Assembly (NCBI GenBank): GCA_000002445.1
Contig: CP000071.1
Coordinates: forward strand, 1,920,001 to 1,984,000
Length of the DNA: 64,000 nt
Direction of reading: 5' to 3'
DNA from: Trypanosoma brucei
Taxonomy: Eukaryota
Shown here one piece after another: positions 11,282-22,793 of this stretch. Under the pieces are notes generated by a model. The model was given only the letters and a program-made list of their open reading frames with translations. It did not search any database and had not been told where the DNA came from. The position numbers were made by a program, and so were the translations under genes. How positions within the stretch are numbered: position 1 is the first letter of the stretch; every line of letters begins with the position of its first letter.

Positions 11282-12814
11282 TCATTGTCCCATAAAGAGA
11301 GACATCATTGTGTCGACAGTTCCATCTACCCCGGCCTCACCACCGCATGCCAGCATCAGCCAACGCCTCATTGCCTCAGGTGCAACGGATACCGTCCCAA
11401 CATGCCCGGCAGACCCCGTAGGGAAGAAAACATACTCCAACAAATACTGCAAAAGTCGTGGACCCAAGAAACTGCAGTCCGCACCGCTACTGCGCTGCAA
11501 CCACATTTCCCAGTCCCCTCTCCACCCCGCAGTAATTCCATCCAGCGGCGCCACTTCCTCTTCCTCGTTACAGGCAACAGCGGAAGCAGTAGCACAGGAT
11601 CCGCCACGATCTCCACCATCACTCTCCGTATAATTACCAACCTCACCACCGCCACCCAACCCAGCTGTGCCGGGTGCAGTCAGTCGCAGTTCATTCTGCT
11701 CGTCTCGCAGAATCGCAGCGCCTACAGTGTACGCGATACAATAAAACAAAGATTCCATTGGTGGAAGCACGAGTAACTCCACGGGCACCCCATGAGTAAG
11801 CGATGCTGCAGAAGAAGATGGGAGAGACACCAGACTTGCTACGGTGGCAGCGGCATCGGAAACACCATCAAAAAGGGCGCTGTCTTCACCAGCGCTGAGT
11901 GCCTTCACAGCATGCGTGTACGCCGCGGCCTTAGCGGCAATCTCAATGCACACGCGAAGCCGTTTCTCCTCCACAGCTTTTTCCTTTGCCTCCTCCTCCT
12001 CCTCGTCTGTACATTTACTTGTGCCGTTGCCCACAGCTGCTGTTTGCTCATCTTCAGTGCGCTGAATTAGCTCGTCGACCGCAGTGGCGGCGGCCTGAAG
12101 CATCAATAACGCTATTTTACTTTCCTTGGCCACATCTTCACTGTTACTCCCGAAACCGTCCACGTCGCTGGCTTCCTCACCGCCACGGTGACCCTCCTCT
12201 AGGCTGTTGTCACCCTTTGCCTTTCGCTTCCCATTGCCGCTGCTGCCGCCGCAACTACCACCCGGCGCTGAAGGCATTTTTTTCACGCGGCAATAATCCA
12301 CAATACTGCAGATACACGGGACATATATCCACCCCGGGAGCTCGTTACCGTCACCGCCGGATCGCGGACCGCTCGGATGCAATAACCGTTCCATTGCCAT
12401 GTCATCCTGTGGCCCCGAACTCACAACATTTCGCCACGCCTCGATGTTAAGTGATGGTTGCTGCCATCGAGACAACGAATGCTCCACCTGCGCTGCCTCA
12501 TTGATGGTGGAAAGAACCGCATCCGTGTTGGACCGGCCGCACAAGTTGTTAACGTCACCGGTTGCCAACAGGGACGCGGCGTGTCGAAGCGTTTGGAGCA
12601 GTTTGTTGCGTCCCTGTTGAATGGCGCGACAACGACGCAGAATATCGGCTCGCGCAAGTTGAGTAAGCTCATCTGCACGTGTGAGCACTTGACGGGAGCG
12701 GATGCGTTCGCCAATGACGGCGACCCGCTGATAGAGTTCTGATTGCGTTTTGTTGGCGCGGTGCAGCACGGCATCTAACTCTTGGAGAATAAGCTCCGCC
12801 GGGGCGGCAGCCAT
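11282..12814 (-). CDS. Hypothetical protein of ~510 aa; coiled-coil/alpha-helical, no recognised domain.
   Basis: The long ORF 11282-13195 starts with GTG in the track. The in-frame ATG at 12814 ('MAAAPAELILQELD...') is preceded on the mRNA strand by a polypyrimidine-rich stretch (12830-12960). That is where a trans-splice acceptor would be expected. The earlier in-frame ATGs ('HMMSF') encode low-complexity F/L/Y/S peptide. Confidence 0.55.
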   Translation of the reverse strand: MAAAPAELILQELDAVLHRANKTQSELYQRVAVIGERIRSRQVLTRADELTQLARADILRRCRAIQQGRNKLLQTLRHAASLLATGDVNNLCGRSNTDAVLSTINEAAQVEHSLSRWQQPSLNIEAWRNVVSSGPQDDMAMERLLHPSGPRSGGDGNELPGWIYVPCICSIVDYCRVKKMPSAPGGSCGGSSGNGKRKAKGDNSLEEGHRGGEEASDVDGFGSNSEDVAKESKIALLMLQAAATAVDELIQRTEDEQTAAVGNGTSKCTDEEEEEAKEKAVEEKRLRVCIEIAAKAAAYTHAVKALSAGEDSALFDGVSDAAATVASLVSLPSSSAASLTHGVPVELLVLPPMESLFYCIAYTVGAAILRDEQNELRLTAPGTAGLGGGGEVGNYTESDGGDRGGSCATASAVACNEEEEVAPLDGITAGWRGDWEMWLQRSSGADCSFLGPRLLQYLLEYVFFPTGSAGHVGTVSVAPEAMRRWLMLACGGEAGVDGTVDTMMSLFMGQ

Positions 12815-13276
12815 TCCACGCGTAGAGCACACTAATTGCCTTACACAACCTACTAGTAAGGAAGGCAGGCCCAAGAGGCAAGATGAAGAGAGTACATAGA
12901 GAAAGAATGCAACAAGGGAGGGGGTGGAATAAAGAAAAAAAACTTTCAGGAGAGTCTTCAGCGTACCAACCCAACATTGAGTTAACGAGCGTTCACACAC
13001 AACGGAGTCTGGAGGAACGAGCGTCGCACAGAGTAAGGGTGACGCAATAGAAAAGAAGCTCATCATGTGCCAACGAACATAAACCAGGTCAATGGCCCCA
13101 GCATGTTGCAAGTGATACAGGTAGAGAGACCAACTAGCAGGTCGGTTGCTGATACCAATCGTACGTGCGGCGGTTGATAAACCCCCGTGCAACACAGGGG
13201 TTCAGTGTGGTGAAGTGATGGGTAAACGCAAATAACTGCGCTCCAGCACAAGGTACTGGGGTCTCCCATGTGTAAA

Positions 13277-13771
13277 TTAGTAATGATAGCCACTAGATGA
13301 TGATCCCATGCCTGTTTTGGTGTTCCCAAGCCGCTGCATATCACACACAGCCCGCAGCACCTCTTCCCTCGAAGTTTCCAATACCATTCCGCCCATCACC
13401 ATTTCCATCAGAAGTAACTGCACCTTGTCAGAATGAAATATGAGATCAAGCTCGCACACATTTTCAAAGGTACGATCAAGTACTTCCACGAAAACCTGAA
13501 TGAGGTCTAATATCGCCAACTGAGACTCGCTACTATCAACAACAAATACAAAACAGAGCGTAGCATAGTGTCGGTACACAACGCGAGTGTCGGGTGTTGG
13601 CCACTCGCGGAAGTTGTCGACAAAGTTGCACAAGTCGGCACCACGACGGGAAATCAGGGAATGAACACGCTGCACCAGCTCCTGCTGCACACTAAGTGGA
13701 ATCTCCTTCTCATACACATTCAGGAGCCGGATCTTCCCGACCATATTAATTATTATAACAGCCTTAATCAT
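13277..13771 (-). CDS. Adaptor protein complex sigma (small) subunit; closest to AP-3 sigma.
   Basis: 'MIKAVIIINMVGKIRL...IYRHYATLCFVFVVDSSESQLAILDLIQVFVEVLDRTFENVCELDLIFHSDKVQLLLMEMVMGGMVLETS'. From memory this lines up almost residue-for-residue with clathrin-adaptor sigma chains, AP-3 sigma pattern. The track start at 13831 is GTG; the first ATG is at 13771. Confidence 0.85.
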   Translation of the reverse strand: MIKAVIIINMVGKIRLLNVYEKEIPLSVQQELVQRVHSLISRRGADLCNFVDNFREWPTPDTRVVYRHYATLCFVFVVDSSESQLAILDLIQVFVEVLDRTFENVCELDLIFHSDKVQLLLMEMVMGGMVLETSREEVLRAVCDMQRLGNTKTGMGSSSSGYHY

Positions 13772-14608
13772 TGTTGAAATATGTATTCCCCCTCCTTTTC
13801 CTCCTCCCTCGATGCAAGTTGATGGCGACACAACCTTGCACTGTCACTAATTTTGGGGATTTGAAGTGTCCCTTGCTACGGGGGCACAACAAACACAAGA
13901 CGATGTACACCTAAATTATTGTACGCCATGAATGAAACGACAAGAATTAAGCAAGCGCGCAAAAATGAAAGAAAAGTAGTAGACTCACCCAAAAGCGAAC
14001 GCATAAAACAACACGTACGCACATAAATTTGTTCATGTTTAGTTGTTGGTGGACACACGCAATGATGTGGAGAGAAGAAACACCATTCAGAGTGCTACAC
14101 ACACACACAACGCGCTGAAACACATGCACGCCCCGCACAGAGAAAACCAGGAAGGAACCGTATTTGGACTGGAAAAAAAAGGGAAAAAGAGGCAGTGTCT
14201 CACGTTGCGCGAGGTCACTCAGTGGCAAGGCAGTTGGCACAAATGTCCTCCACCTCGTAACTCTCACAGTAAAAAACAAACATAATAGACGCAAACAAAC
14301 ACATAAAAATTATGGCTGAGCGAGAGTAAGTAACAAGTTTCATAGAAAAATACAAGAACTCAACGAGTGTTAGTGAGTTTGTGGAGAAATCAAACATGAA
14401 TCCAGGTACTCGCCTGTATTCCTGGACGGCAACAACAAAAGCCCCAAGAGAAACCCATCCAATAAGACATCCACCAGAACCTGCGCCAGTGCAGCGGTGC
14501 GTAAGGGCAATCACGTAATGGTGTTTTATTTTATTAAAACATCTTCAGAATTCAGCGGTAACGAGTTATTACGTTCTTCTGCCTTGCACACCCACAATTC
14601 AAATGAAA

Positions 14609-14629
14609 ACACACACACACACACACACA
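14609..14629. repeat. (CA)10 microsatellite in the intergenic region between the AP-sigma and RecQ genes.
   Basis: Direct read of the sequence. Confidence 0.9.
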
Positions 14630-14720
14630 TCGTTGGGTTACAACCGCAACGATTCTGCACACCCGCCTGCTAAAAAAAGTGACTTCTGATCTTGGAAGGA
14701 TAAGGCTATGAACTGGCATC

Positions 14721-17700
14721 TCACTGCGAATCAACTGTGAAGACTTCTGGGGGAGTATCACGTCTCGGCTTTTGAAGAACCGGATCAGGTGAAGCCCATG
14801 GCACTACACCTGCCGGAGGCCCTAACGCGTTAAGCTTTAGGGATTCATCGCACATCTGCATTAAGTAGTCCACACTCATAATATCTACTTTGGGCTGCTG
14901 CTCTTCCGGGTGCGGTAGACACGCGTTCCCGCCCCGCGAGGCACACTCGAACGCGGTTGCTGATGGAGATTGTCTGTTTGATTGCCCTGGAAGTGGAAGC
15001 GGGGTTGCCATTTGCGTATAACTTGATAAAAGTTCTGGAGATTCGGCCAATGGGGTGCGGCGAATCGGCAACTCACACTCATTTAGCGTGTTACCCTCCA
15101 GCGTGGGGTTATTCAACAGCTGCTGGCTCGGCTGTGGCTCCGCATTTGTAGGTGCTGCTGCCATCATCTTGAACATCGTTTTCTTTGGTGCTGACGGCCT
15201 TCCCATCGGCACTGGAGGCGCTGATCCAGTGGGCAATGATCCCTCTCTGACGGGGTCTCCGCCTGGCGACCCCTGCTGGTATGGAGTCGTCACAGACGTC
15301 TTCTGCGGGGTGACATCTGAATCTGATGGCGTGACTGAACCCTGAAGCAGTGGGGGCTTGTTGCCTTTCCATGGGGTATGCTCTCCCGTATTTTCTTCAC
15401 TTTCGTCAACAGTTCGACCCGCACTCGGCGATCCACGTGAGAGGCGGTGCCGGTCCGCTATCACAGTAGTCGTCTGTAACAACATGTCCTCCTCCAACCC
15501 TGTCAACAAGCCGACATCTCCAATGTGCTCATTACGGAACTTCCTGTACAGTCGCAATATATCGACACCAAACTTTTTCACTTTGTTCTTACCAAAGCCT
15601 TCCAAATCGCTGAACTGGCTCACAGAACCCCACCCTTGCTCGGTGAGCGTGGCTGCCAACGTTTCCATAGTCTTCCTACTCATCACGTGGTACTTCCGAC
15701 CTCCATCAGAGTTCTCAGCCAGCTTTCGCAAAAGCGCTTCCAGCTCCAAAAGAAAGGAAGCCTTAATGTTCTCCAACTGTGCGTCAGCAAGTGTGAACGA
15801 TTTAGATCCCAACGCATTCGCACTTTTGCTTTTACTTGTACGCCTTTTCCCCTTGTCGCGAAGGGGGCCTGCGGCAGCGCCCGTCACTCGAGATGGGAGT
15901 GCCGGTGGCGACTCAGTCGATCGATCACTGGAGTTGTTATTGGCTCGACTGCGCTTCCTTCCCAGTTGTTGTATCACTTCCACACAAGAAGGCGACGCCT
16001 GTGATGAGGAAGAATTCGCTTCGGAAAGGCTTGAAGCATCGCCATCGGTGACGTCATCAATAACAACGGTGTTGTTACTAGACCTGCCAGTCAAAGAAGT
16101 GGAAGCTAAACCCTCACAGTCGCCCAGAATAAGCTCATTATCACGGACCCCTTTCCGCTTAGATGAAGTTCTAGCAACAGCATGTCTGCTGGATCGTAGT
16201 TGTGGTCTTCTGGCCTGGTCATCCGCTACATCATCATCATCCTCATCATCTTCAAACTGCTCCCCACTACCCCGTCTAGTTGAAGCGGACTTTCGGTTGC
16301 GCCCTGCGTCCTTTTTATTCGACTTACCCTTGCGTTCACCAACGGCCACCGCATCGGAAGCGATCGTCGACTCACGTTCCCTATTAGCTCGCACGCGTTT
16401 CTCACCCCGTACGACAAGTTGAATCTTCCGTTGTCCCGTCTTCATACTGTTCAAAATTTTGATGCCCTCTGAATCCCCTGGGTCAAGGTATGCGCATACT
16501 CCGAACTCTGTCAGCCGCTCGAATCGCGCCTTAAACACTCCTAGAGTAATACCCTCATTCAATACACGTCCCAGTAACACCTTGGAGTGACGTGAACCTT
16601 TCCGATACTCTGGCGGGGCACCCTTCTGTCGTAGGCGTCTCTCCACAATGTTCCCGACGTCCGACGTGCCGCGGTATACTGCAATTAGCTGTTTTTGAGT
16701 TAGAGAGCCAATGTATATGGTAATGTTGAAGAAGTCTATAAGAATACTCGTGACGTCGATCATCTCAGGTTCCCATCCCTCCTCTTTCCTGCTTGCGCAG
16801 TTATCACATATCTCCACATCCCCAGGTGCTGTTAGGCAAAAGTGATCGCTGACATGCTCACCAAAGTAACTCAACTGTTGCATTCTCCGGCAATGTACAT
16901 CATTCAAGGTGTAACCCACCATATGGCACAACGAAAGCATAGAAGTTTGAGAATCTTTTGAACCGCATATCATCTGTTCATGGCGTTGCCTGTCACCCGC
17001 TGCAAAGAGTAAGAAGCACTTTGATGAAAGTCCATCGCGGCCCGCCCGTCCACTCTCTTGATAGTACCCCTCAATGGACTTGGGCATAGCCGCATGGATG
17101 ACAAAACGCACATCGGGCTTGTTGATCCCCATACCAAACGCAACCGTCGCGCAGAGAACCTGCAGCTCGTCCCTTGTCCACTGCTCCTGCTTTTCATTCT
17201 TCTCAGATGCGTCAGCGTGGTAATAAGATGCGCGGATACCCTCTTTCCGTAGAACTGCTGCCATCTCTTCGCAGTCCTTCTTGGAAATACAATACACGAT
17301 GCCACAAGACCGTGGGGGGAAATTTTTCTTAATAATTTCTGCCACGGTAGATCCCGCCTTACTTGTAATTCTCTGCACGGAGTACTTAAGGTTATGTCGA
17401 TTAAATGAACCCTTGAACGAGACGGCATTGTGAAGGCCAAGTGTCTGTATGATGTCCCTCTGCACCGTGTCAGTTGCTGTGGCGGTGAGTGCGGAAATAG
17501 GGACTTGGGGAAAGTGGTGCTTCAGTGCCGCCAACTTACGGTAATCCGGACGGAAGTCGTGACCCCATTGCGAGACGCAGTGCGCCTCATCCACAACAAA
17601 TCGGTTCAATAGTCCACGGTTTTCGAGGCTTTTGAGTGACTGCACGAAATGGTCGCTGCGGCCGAAGTATTCTGGTGTTACATACACAAGTGTGCAAACA

Positions 17701-19367
17701 ATACGGCCCGAACTCCACTCATTAAAGAGGTCTCGCCTTGGTGCATCTAAGGTCTGACCAGTTAACGCCATAGCTGGAAGGTCATAGGCGCGGAGCGCGT
17801 AGACCTGATCCTGAATCAGAGAAACAAGGGGGGATATTACAATGGTGACTTTCGCCGGATTTGGTAACAGCGCCGGTAGTTGGTAGCAGAGAGACTTGCC
17901 TCCTCCGGTTGGCAAGAGCACGAACACGTCACGATTGGCCATACATGCATTCATAATCTCCAACTGAAGGAAACGGAAATTGTGGAGACCGAAAACATCA
18001 ACCATGGTTCGACGCAGCTCTTCCGACCACGGATAATGCTCCCCGGAAAACTCCCCCGTGGACGCTTTAGCGATGCTAACAGGGTCCTGGTTGGAACCGT
18101 GCAGCGATGCGTCCAGAAGCTCCCTCTCACATGATTCCCACGTGAAGCGATTTGGGTTATTGCCTCCTTTAAACTGAGCGGAGTAAACAGCTACCTTGCC
18201 TTCAACCACTTCTTCTGTGGCTGTGCGCAGTGCCCCTACACCAGAAAATACTTCACCACCCCGTCCCGCTGCAGCAAATGCATCGTGAGCACCATTTCCC
18301 TCACCGAATGCACCACCACTGGACTCCACTACTGATGGAAGCTGGTGGGGTGCGACACCACGCTCCCCGCTATGGGTGAAGGCCGCCCCAGCGTACCCCG
18401 GAGAGGGCGATACAAATACAGGAGCGGAGACCTGAGTAGGCACTGCCGCTGAATAAAAGCCATTAGAATCAAGCGGAACGCGTGTGCCATTCGCACCACT
18501 TGCAGAACTCAAAGTGCCAGAAACAGAACCGGGGGGTTTACTACTTGTGGCAACGACGTGAGGAAGAGAGACATTGGGGTTACGTCCTAGAAGCTCTCGC
18601 TGCCGTTGTCTTAGGTTGGCGAATAGCACCTCTAGTGCCGCCAATTTGCGGTCAGCCTCCTCCACGACCTCGCTAGTGTCACACTCCTCATTCTCCCGTA
18701 ATAGCATATCATCACGGTATCTCCTTTGACGGTGGATTTCCTCTATCACCTCCGACAAATTTGCCTTCAATTCCGATAGCGGTTGTGCTGAAGAGCCCAC
18801 AGAGGGTGCAGGAAACGAAGGTAAGGAAGAGGAAGCGACAGGCCTTCCCCCGTCAGAACCCTGCAGTGCCACATCAGTCTGCACTGTAAATCGTTCAGCA
18901 TTCCCTCCGCCACTGTTAAAAGATTGTTTCTGAGTATTTGCAGTCGCAACACACCTTTTCACATCATGCGGTACAGTCGGTCTTCCTGCCACTTCAACGC
19001 TTGTGGAGGCGGTGGCGAGAGCGGCAACCACACTTGTAGTTCTCGCCGCGGTAATAGTTGCACTACCAGCAGTAGCCGCGATGGCATTAGAATTGGTATT
19101 AACAGGATCTACTGTAGTGTTGGGATCCGGATAAACGCACACACTCTGCGTCATGTCGCAAGCATGATTCGTGGGAGCCGGAAAAGCACCGGGACCAGCG
19201 GCAAACAATTTCCGTGCCCCTTCCTCACGAGGCTGCGGGTTCGACTCACTACTGGATTGTACAGGCGGTAGACCACGAGGTAGTGGGTCGTTCTTCACTA
19301 GGGCCGCCGTGGCGCTGACTACAAGTGGGCGCCACTTATCCAAGACGCAACTTAAATCTTTGTCCAT
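14721..19367 (-). CDS. RecQ-family ATP-dependent DNA helicase; large, with long low-complexity N- and C-terminal extensions.
   Basis: Helicase motif I 'LLPTGGGKSLCYQLPAL', DEAH box 'FVVDEAHCVSQWGHDFRPDY', motif VI 'QESGRAGRDG', RecQ-C/Zn region 'CDNCASRK'. The track start at 19400 is TTG; the first ATG is at 19367 (MDKDL...). Confidence 0.9.
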   Translation of the reverse strand: MDKDLSCVLDKWRPLVVSATAALVKNDPLPRGLPPVQSSSESNPQPREEGARKLFAAGPGAFPAPTNHACDMTQSVCVYPDPNTTVDPVNTNSNAIAATAGSATITAARTTSVVAALATASTSVEVAGRPTVPHDVKRCVATANTQKQSFNSGGGNAERFTVQTDVALQGSDGGRPVASSSLPSFPAPSVGSSAQPLSELKANLSEVIEEIHRQRRYRDDMLLRENEECDTSEVVEEADRKLAALEVLFANLRQRQRELLGRNPNVSLPHVVATSSKPPGSVSGTLSSASGANGTRVPLDSNGFYSAAVPTQVSAPVFVSPSPGYAGAAFTHSGERGVAPHQLPSVVESSGGAFGEGNGAHDAFAAAGRGGEVFSGVGALRTATEEVVEGKVAVYSAQFKGGNNPNRFTWESCERELLDASLHGSNQDPVSIAKASTGEFSGEHYPWSEELRRTMVDVFGLHNFRFLQLEIMNACMANRDVFVLLPTGGGKSLCYQLPALLPNPAKVTIVISPLVSLIQDQVYALRAYDLPAMALTGQTLDAPRRDLFNEWSSGRIVCTLVYVTPEYFGRSDHFVQSLKSLENRGLLNRFVVDEAHCVSQWGHDFRPDYRKLAALKHHFPQVPISALTATATDTVQRDIIQTLGLHNAVSFKGSFNRHNLKYSVQRITSKAGSTVAEIIKKNFPPRSCGIVYCISKKDCEEMAAVLRKEGIRASYYHADASEKNEKQEQWTRDELQVLCATVAFGMGINKPDVRFVIHAAMPKSIEGYYQESGRAGRDGLSSKCFLLFAAGDRQRHEQMICGSKDSQTSMLSLCHMVGYTLNDVHCRRMQQLSYFGEHVSDHFCLTAPGDVEICDNCASRKEEGWEPEMIDVTSILIDFFNITIYIGSLTQKQLIAVYRGTSDVGNIVERRLRQKGAPPEYRKGSRHSKVLLGRVLNEGITLGVFKARFERLTEFGVCAYLDPGDSEGIKILNSMKTGQRKIQLVVRGEKRVRANRERESTIASDAVAVGERKGKSNKKDAGRNRKSASTRRGSGEQFEDDEDDDDVADDQARRPQLRSSRHAVARTSSKRKGVRDNELILGDCEGLASTSLTGRSSNNTVVIDDVTDGDASSLSEANSSSSQASPSCVEVIQQLGRKRSRANNNSSDRSTESPPALPSRVTGAAAGPLRDKGKRRTSKSKSANALGSKSFTLADAQLENIKASFLLELEALLRKLAENSDGGRKYHVMSRKTMETLAATLTEQGWGSVSQFSDLEGFGKNKVKKFGVDILRLYRKFRNEHIGDVGLLTGLEEDMLLQTTTVIADRHRLSRGSPSAGRTVDESEENTGEHTPWKGNKPPLLQGSVTPSDSDVTPQKTSVTTPYQQGSPGGDPVREGSLPTGSAPPVPMGRPSAPKKTMFKMMAAAPTNAEPQPSQQLLNNPTLEGNTLNECELPIRRTPLAESPELLSSYTQMATPLPLPGQSNRQSPSATAFECASRGGNACLPHPEEQQPKVDIMSVDYLMQMCDESLKLNALGPPAGVVPWASPDPVLQKPRRDTPPEVFTVDSQ

Positions 19368-21149
19368 AGGACAAAACACTAAAAAATAAGTAATACACAA
19401 ACTTTATACAACGACACAATACCAACCACAACCTCAAAATAAACTTGCGTATCGCTGAGAGGCGGAGTGATGTGAGCGCTGAGGCGCAAATATATAGAAA
19501 GAGGGTTAAAAAATCCCTTTCCCACAGGTTCACTGACTCCCCTCTCCAGCCAATGTACTCTTTTTTCTTTTCTGTACCCCTTCCCTAATTATGTCGTAAG
19601 GGTTGCCTACACACACACGGGTAAACAGACAGGTGATTACAAGATGGGTAAGGGTGAGAAACGAAGTTCAAATATAAACGCGTCGACGGCGGGGCACCTA
19701 ACACAAGGGCAGTATTGAAGATAATCAATGAATTCTGTGGACAGATGGAACGCAGGAAAAAAAATAAAACCAAGACATATGTAGACTGCTGCCACTGTAG
19801 GCAGGACTCTTCCTCTCCCTCTCTGTACACATTCTCTCCCATTACCCCCTACCGCTTTCCTTTTCACATACAGACACGCTTGTGAGGCGCAAAACACAAT
19901 TAGAAGAAAGGAACGGATTTACACATACACACGTAATGATCATCACCTCAGCTTAGCTGAACTCCCCGCACCCTCCAGTAAAGAATCCGAAAAATGCGTA
20001 TTTTTATCGTACCTCGAATATAACGATTGCGTTATGACCAGTAGCGATAACATCAACAACACGGAGGTCCCAGTCACCGGCAGCTCTTTTGGTAATAACA
20101 GGGAAAGAAAACACAACAAATAAATAAATAAAGTACGAACAAGAAGAATAGCATTTCCCTTTCTTCCAGCGGCTTATGGGCATCAGGAGAGGAAAGACAA
20201 TGGAAACTCCCCCAATGAAAGATGGCGGAAGCGTTGCACACACACAATCGTAAACGGGCATATACTCCTCCGTGTCTGAAACAGAAAGAACGACAAACAG
20301 ACAAGTAAAGCGATGTTATTAAGCCTACCACCGCGACAGCAAGCAGAATATATATATATATATATGAAATAGATAGACCGGTACGCCCACAGAGACAAAT
20401 AAAATTACGCCCACACACCTATTGACGGTAAAGCAACACTATAGTGATGTAATTAATGTTTACAAACCGACGTCTACGTACTAGGGAACAAATTTGATGA
20501 CAATAAAAGGTGTGTACCTCAATGGAAATGAAAAAAAAATAAGTAAAAGCACATATTTGCCGCGTAACGGAAACTGAATCATCTCGACCACATGCCTTCG
20601 CGCCTCTTTCTTTGCATTCGCATGAAACGAGAGAAAGGTTCACAAACATGTTGAATTAACTTTAGGGGAAAGAACGAAAAAATGTACAGACAAATAGGTG
20701 GTCGGTACACCCTCTCAGACATCCCTTCACACACGTGAACAGGTGCGAAGAGGCGTGACGACGACGGTAAACAAAAATAACACTGCACAGGGATCTAACT
20801 CAGGGGAAACGGAAGAATCATATTAGTGATCACAAAAAAAAATATCTTTCCCATTTTTTAGAGAAGCGAAGGCGCACAATGGTGAATGCCCGCCGAACGT
20901 AACCCACGGTGAGAATACCCTAAAGCGAATCCAGGAATACTCAAGGATATATAGACAGAGAAAGAGAAGCACAGAGACGTCTTTTTTTTTTTTTCACTCC
21001 TTGCAAACCCTTCAGTATCCGCTTCCCTCCTCAGATTTTCCTCCCCACAATCCTCTTGCACCTCCCATTGGGTGCAGGCATACAAATGCACAATGAAAAG
21101 AGGGATGAATTTTCCCAACCTTTTGTTCCGCTTCCTCACGTTTGGATCA

Positions 21150-22793
21150 TTAAGAAGCCTCCGGCGAGGTCTTGGCACTACCCCAAACACAAGAACCACG
21201 GAGCATGACATAAATCCCGACCGCAAACATCAGACTTCCAAGGAGAAACCCGACGGAAAGCATGAAGACACCCGGCGTTATATCTTCACAGTCCGGCATG
21301 GCAGTTAGCGCAATGTCGAGCATAAAATTACATTCCAGCAGCGGTCGACCTATTGAAAGTGCAACACTGACGTTACGCGACCGTGCAGCCACACGTACGA
21401 CTTCGATAGAGACGTTCTTTGCCCTGCCCTCCGTACAATTGGCCGCACACTCCACTACCGTGCAAGAATTTCCGGGAGTAGGGCATGAACCAACGAAGGC
21501 CTTCACCCGTGTGTCCTCCAGTACTGTTGCTGTGATGCCAAAGTTTGGACACTCATCGGATGAGGTGATATTCTTTCCACAAGTCAGAACCTTCACGGGA
21601 AAAGTACCACCCACATTCCTAGCTGCCGCATGACTTACAAACCCACTTGCTATGAAAGAAGCAGGGGCGTCAGGGGATATGTCGCTAGATCGCGTGTTCG
21701 GCTTACCGTTTCTGTCTTTGAGGTAACCAGAAGGCACATAACCATCATAAGATACACTTGATCCCGAAAAACGACTCATACTTGGGCCACGCATATCCAG
21801 ATTATCACAGTTATCAAGCAAATAATTGCAAGCCTCCCTACAAATGCCAATCTCCGCGTCTGTCACTTTCTTGTTAATAGCATCAGGGCGAAACTTGCTA
21901 TTGCATAATGGGATTCCGTACCACTGGATAATGCCAGGCTTTCGCTCACGGTGAAGTGCAATCTCGCCACACACAGATGAAGAAGCATAGCTCAACAGGA
22001 ACAAAACAGCACCGCCAACTGAAAAAACAAGCCCGAAAACGAAATATGCACAAGCGAAGCATTCGGGCACTATCAAAGGACCTCGGCGACAGCAAGCAAG
22101 AATAACCATCGGAGCCATCAACGCAATACATACGGAACCCACCGCATAAGAAACAACAGGTAACAACTTAATATAATCTCCCGCTCTACCTCTCAACATT
22201 TCAACAACACGAACGGCGTTTTCCGATATATCATAGAAAAAGCTCACATCAACACCATCAGCGTATGGCTCTCTATTTCCAGAGGTCCAGTTAGACGCAA
22301 AATCAATAACTTTTTCCGCAGTGCAGTTCACAACATTCAACGGATTCATCAATGTTACATCGAGAAAATAATTTGAGGTTGCCCACAACTGCTTCACCCC
22401 AAAGAACACAAATGCAGCAACACCAAAAGCCCATATTAAAGCAAACATAATCCACATCCAAAGGCAGCAACGTTGTTCCTTACCTCCGTCCTTAGAGGAA
22501 GGCTTGCAACGGGAGGAACACAGGCATGTAAGAAAGCAAGATATGGGGAAAGCAATTAACACAGCCACGAAAAGGAAAGCACAGAGAGCAGGCATTGCTA
22601 ACATACGCCACTGCGCTAAGATACGGTCGGTATCCATAATGCACGTAAGAGGGTCATTTCGAGCACTGGGCCCATCCCAGACATTGTCACAGTGAAGATT
22701 TGGAAACTTGGAGTTTCCGCATTGCGTAACTGTTAACAACAGCACCAATAACACTGCAGCATAGAAAGAGCTGCCAGTGGTAACGGAGGACAT
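21150..22793 (-). CDS. Array copy A, 547 aa: signal peptide plus 5-TM (pentaspan) Cys-rich membrane glycoprotein. It is the most divergent paralog.
   Basis: ATG at 22791-22793. N-terminal 44 aa 'MSSVTTGSSFYAAVLLVLLLTVTQCGNSKFPNLHCDNVWDGPSA' is identical to copies B-D. Hydrophobic helices lie at ~aa 65-90, 108-132, ~205-228, ~235-262 and the C-terminal 'FMLSVGFLLGSLMFAVGIYVML'. Conserved motifs: 'CLCSSRCKPSSKDGGKEQRCCLWMW' and 'ALSIGRPLLECNF'. Several N-x-S/T sequons. Confidence 0.8.
   Translation of the reverse strand: MSSVTTGSSFYAAVLLVLLLTVTQCGNSKFPNLHCDNVWDGPSARNDPLTCIMDTDRILAQWRMLAMPALCAFLFVAVLIAFPISCFLTCLCSSRCKPSSKDGGKEQRCCLWMWIMFALIWAFGVAAFVFFGVKQLWATSNYFLDVTLMNPLNVVNCTAEKVIDFASNWTSGNREPYADGVDVSFFYDISENAVRVVEMLRGRAGDYIKLLPVVSYAVGSVCIALMAPMVILACCRRGPLIVPECFACAYFVFGLVFSVGGAVLFLLSYASSSVCGEIALHRERKPGIIQWYGIPLCNSKFRPDAINKKVTDAEIGICREACNYLLDNCDNLDMRGPSMSRFSGSSVSYDGYVPSGYLKDRNGKPNTRSSDISPDAPASFIASGFVSHAAARNVGGTFPVKVLTCGKNITSSDECPNFGITATVLEDTRVKAFVGSCPTPGNSCTVVECAANCTEGRAKNVSIEVVRVAARSRNVSVALSIGRPLLECNFMLDIALTAMPDCEDITPGVFMLSVGFLLGSLMFAVGIYVMLRGSCVWGSAKTSPEAS

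Noticed and set aside
15358-16422. Plus-strand ORF of 354 aa inside the RecQ gene. Similar antisense ORFs occur at 36254-36895, 40793-41365 and 42063-42734.
   Set aside because: They lie antisense to strongly supported minus-strand CDSs. Their composition is the mirror of the real frame and they have no recognisable motifs.
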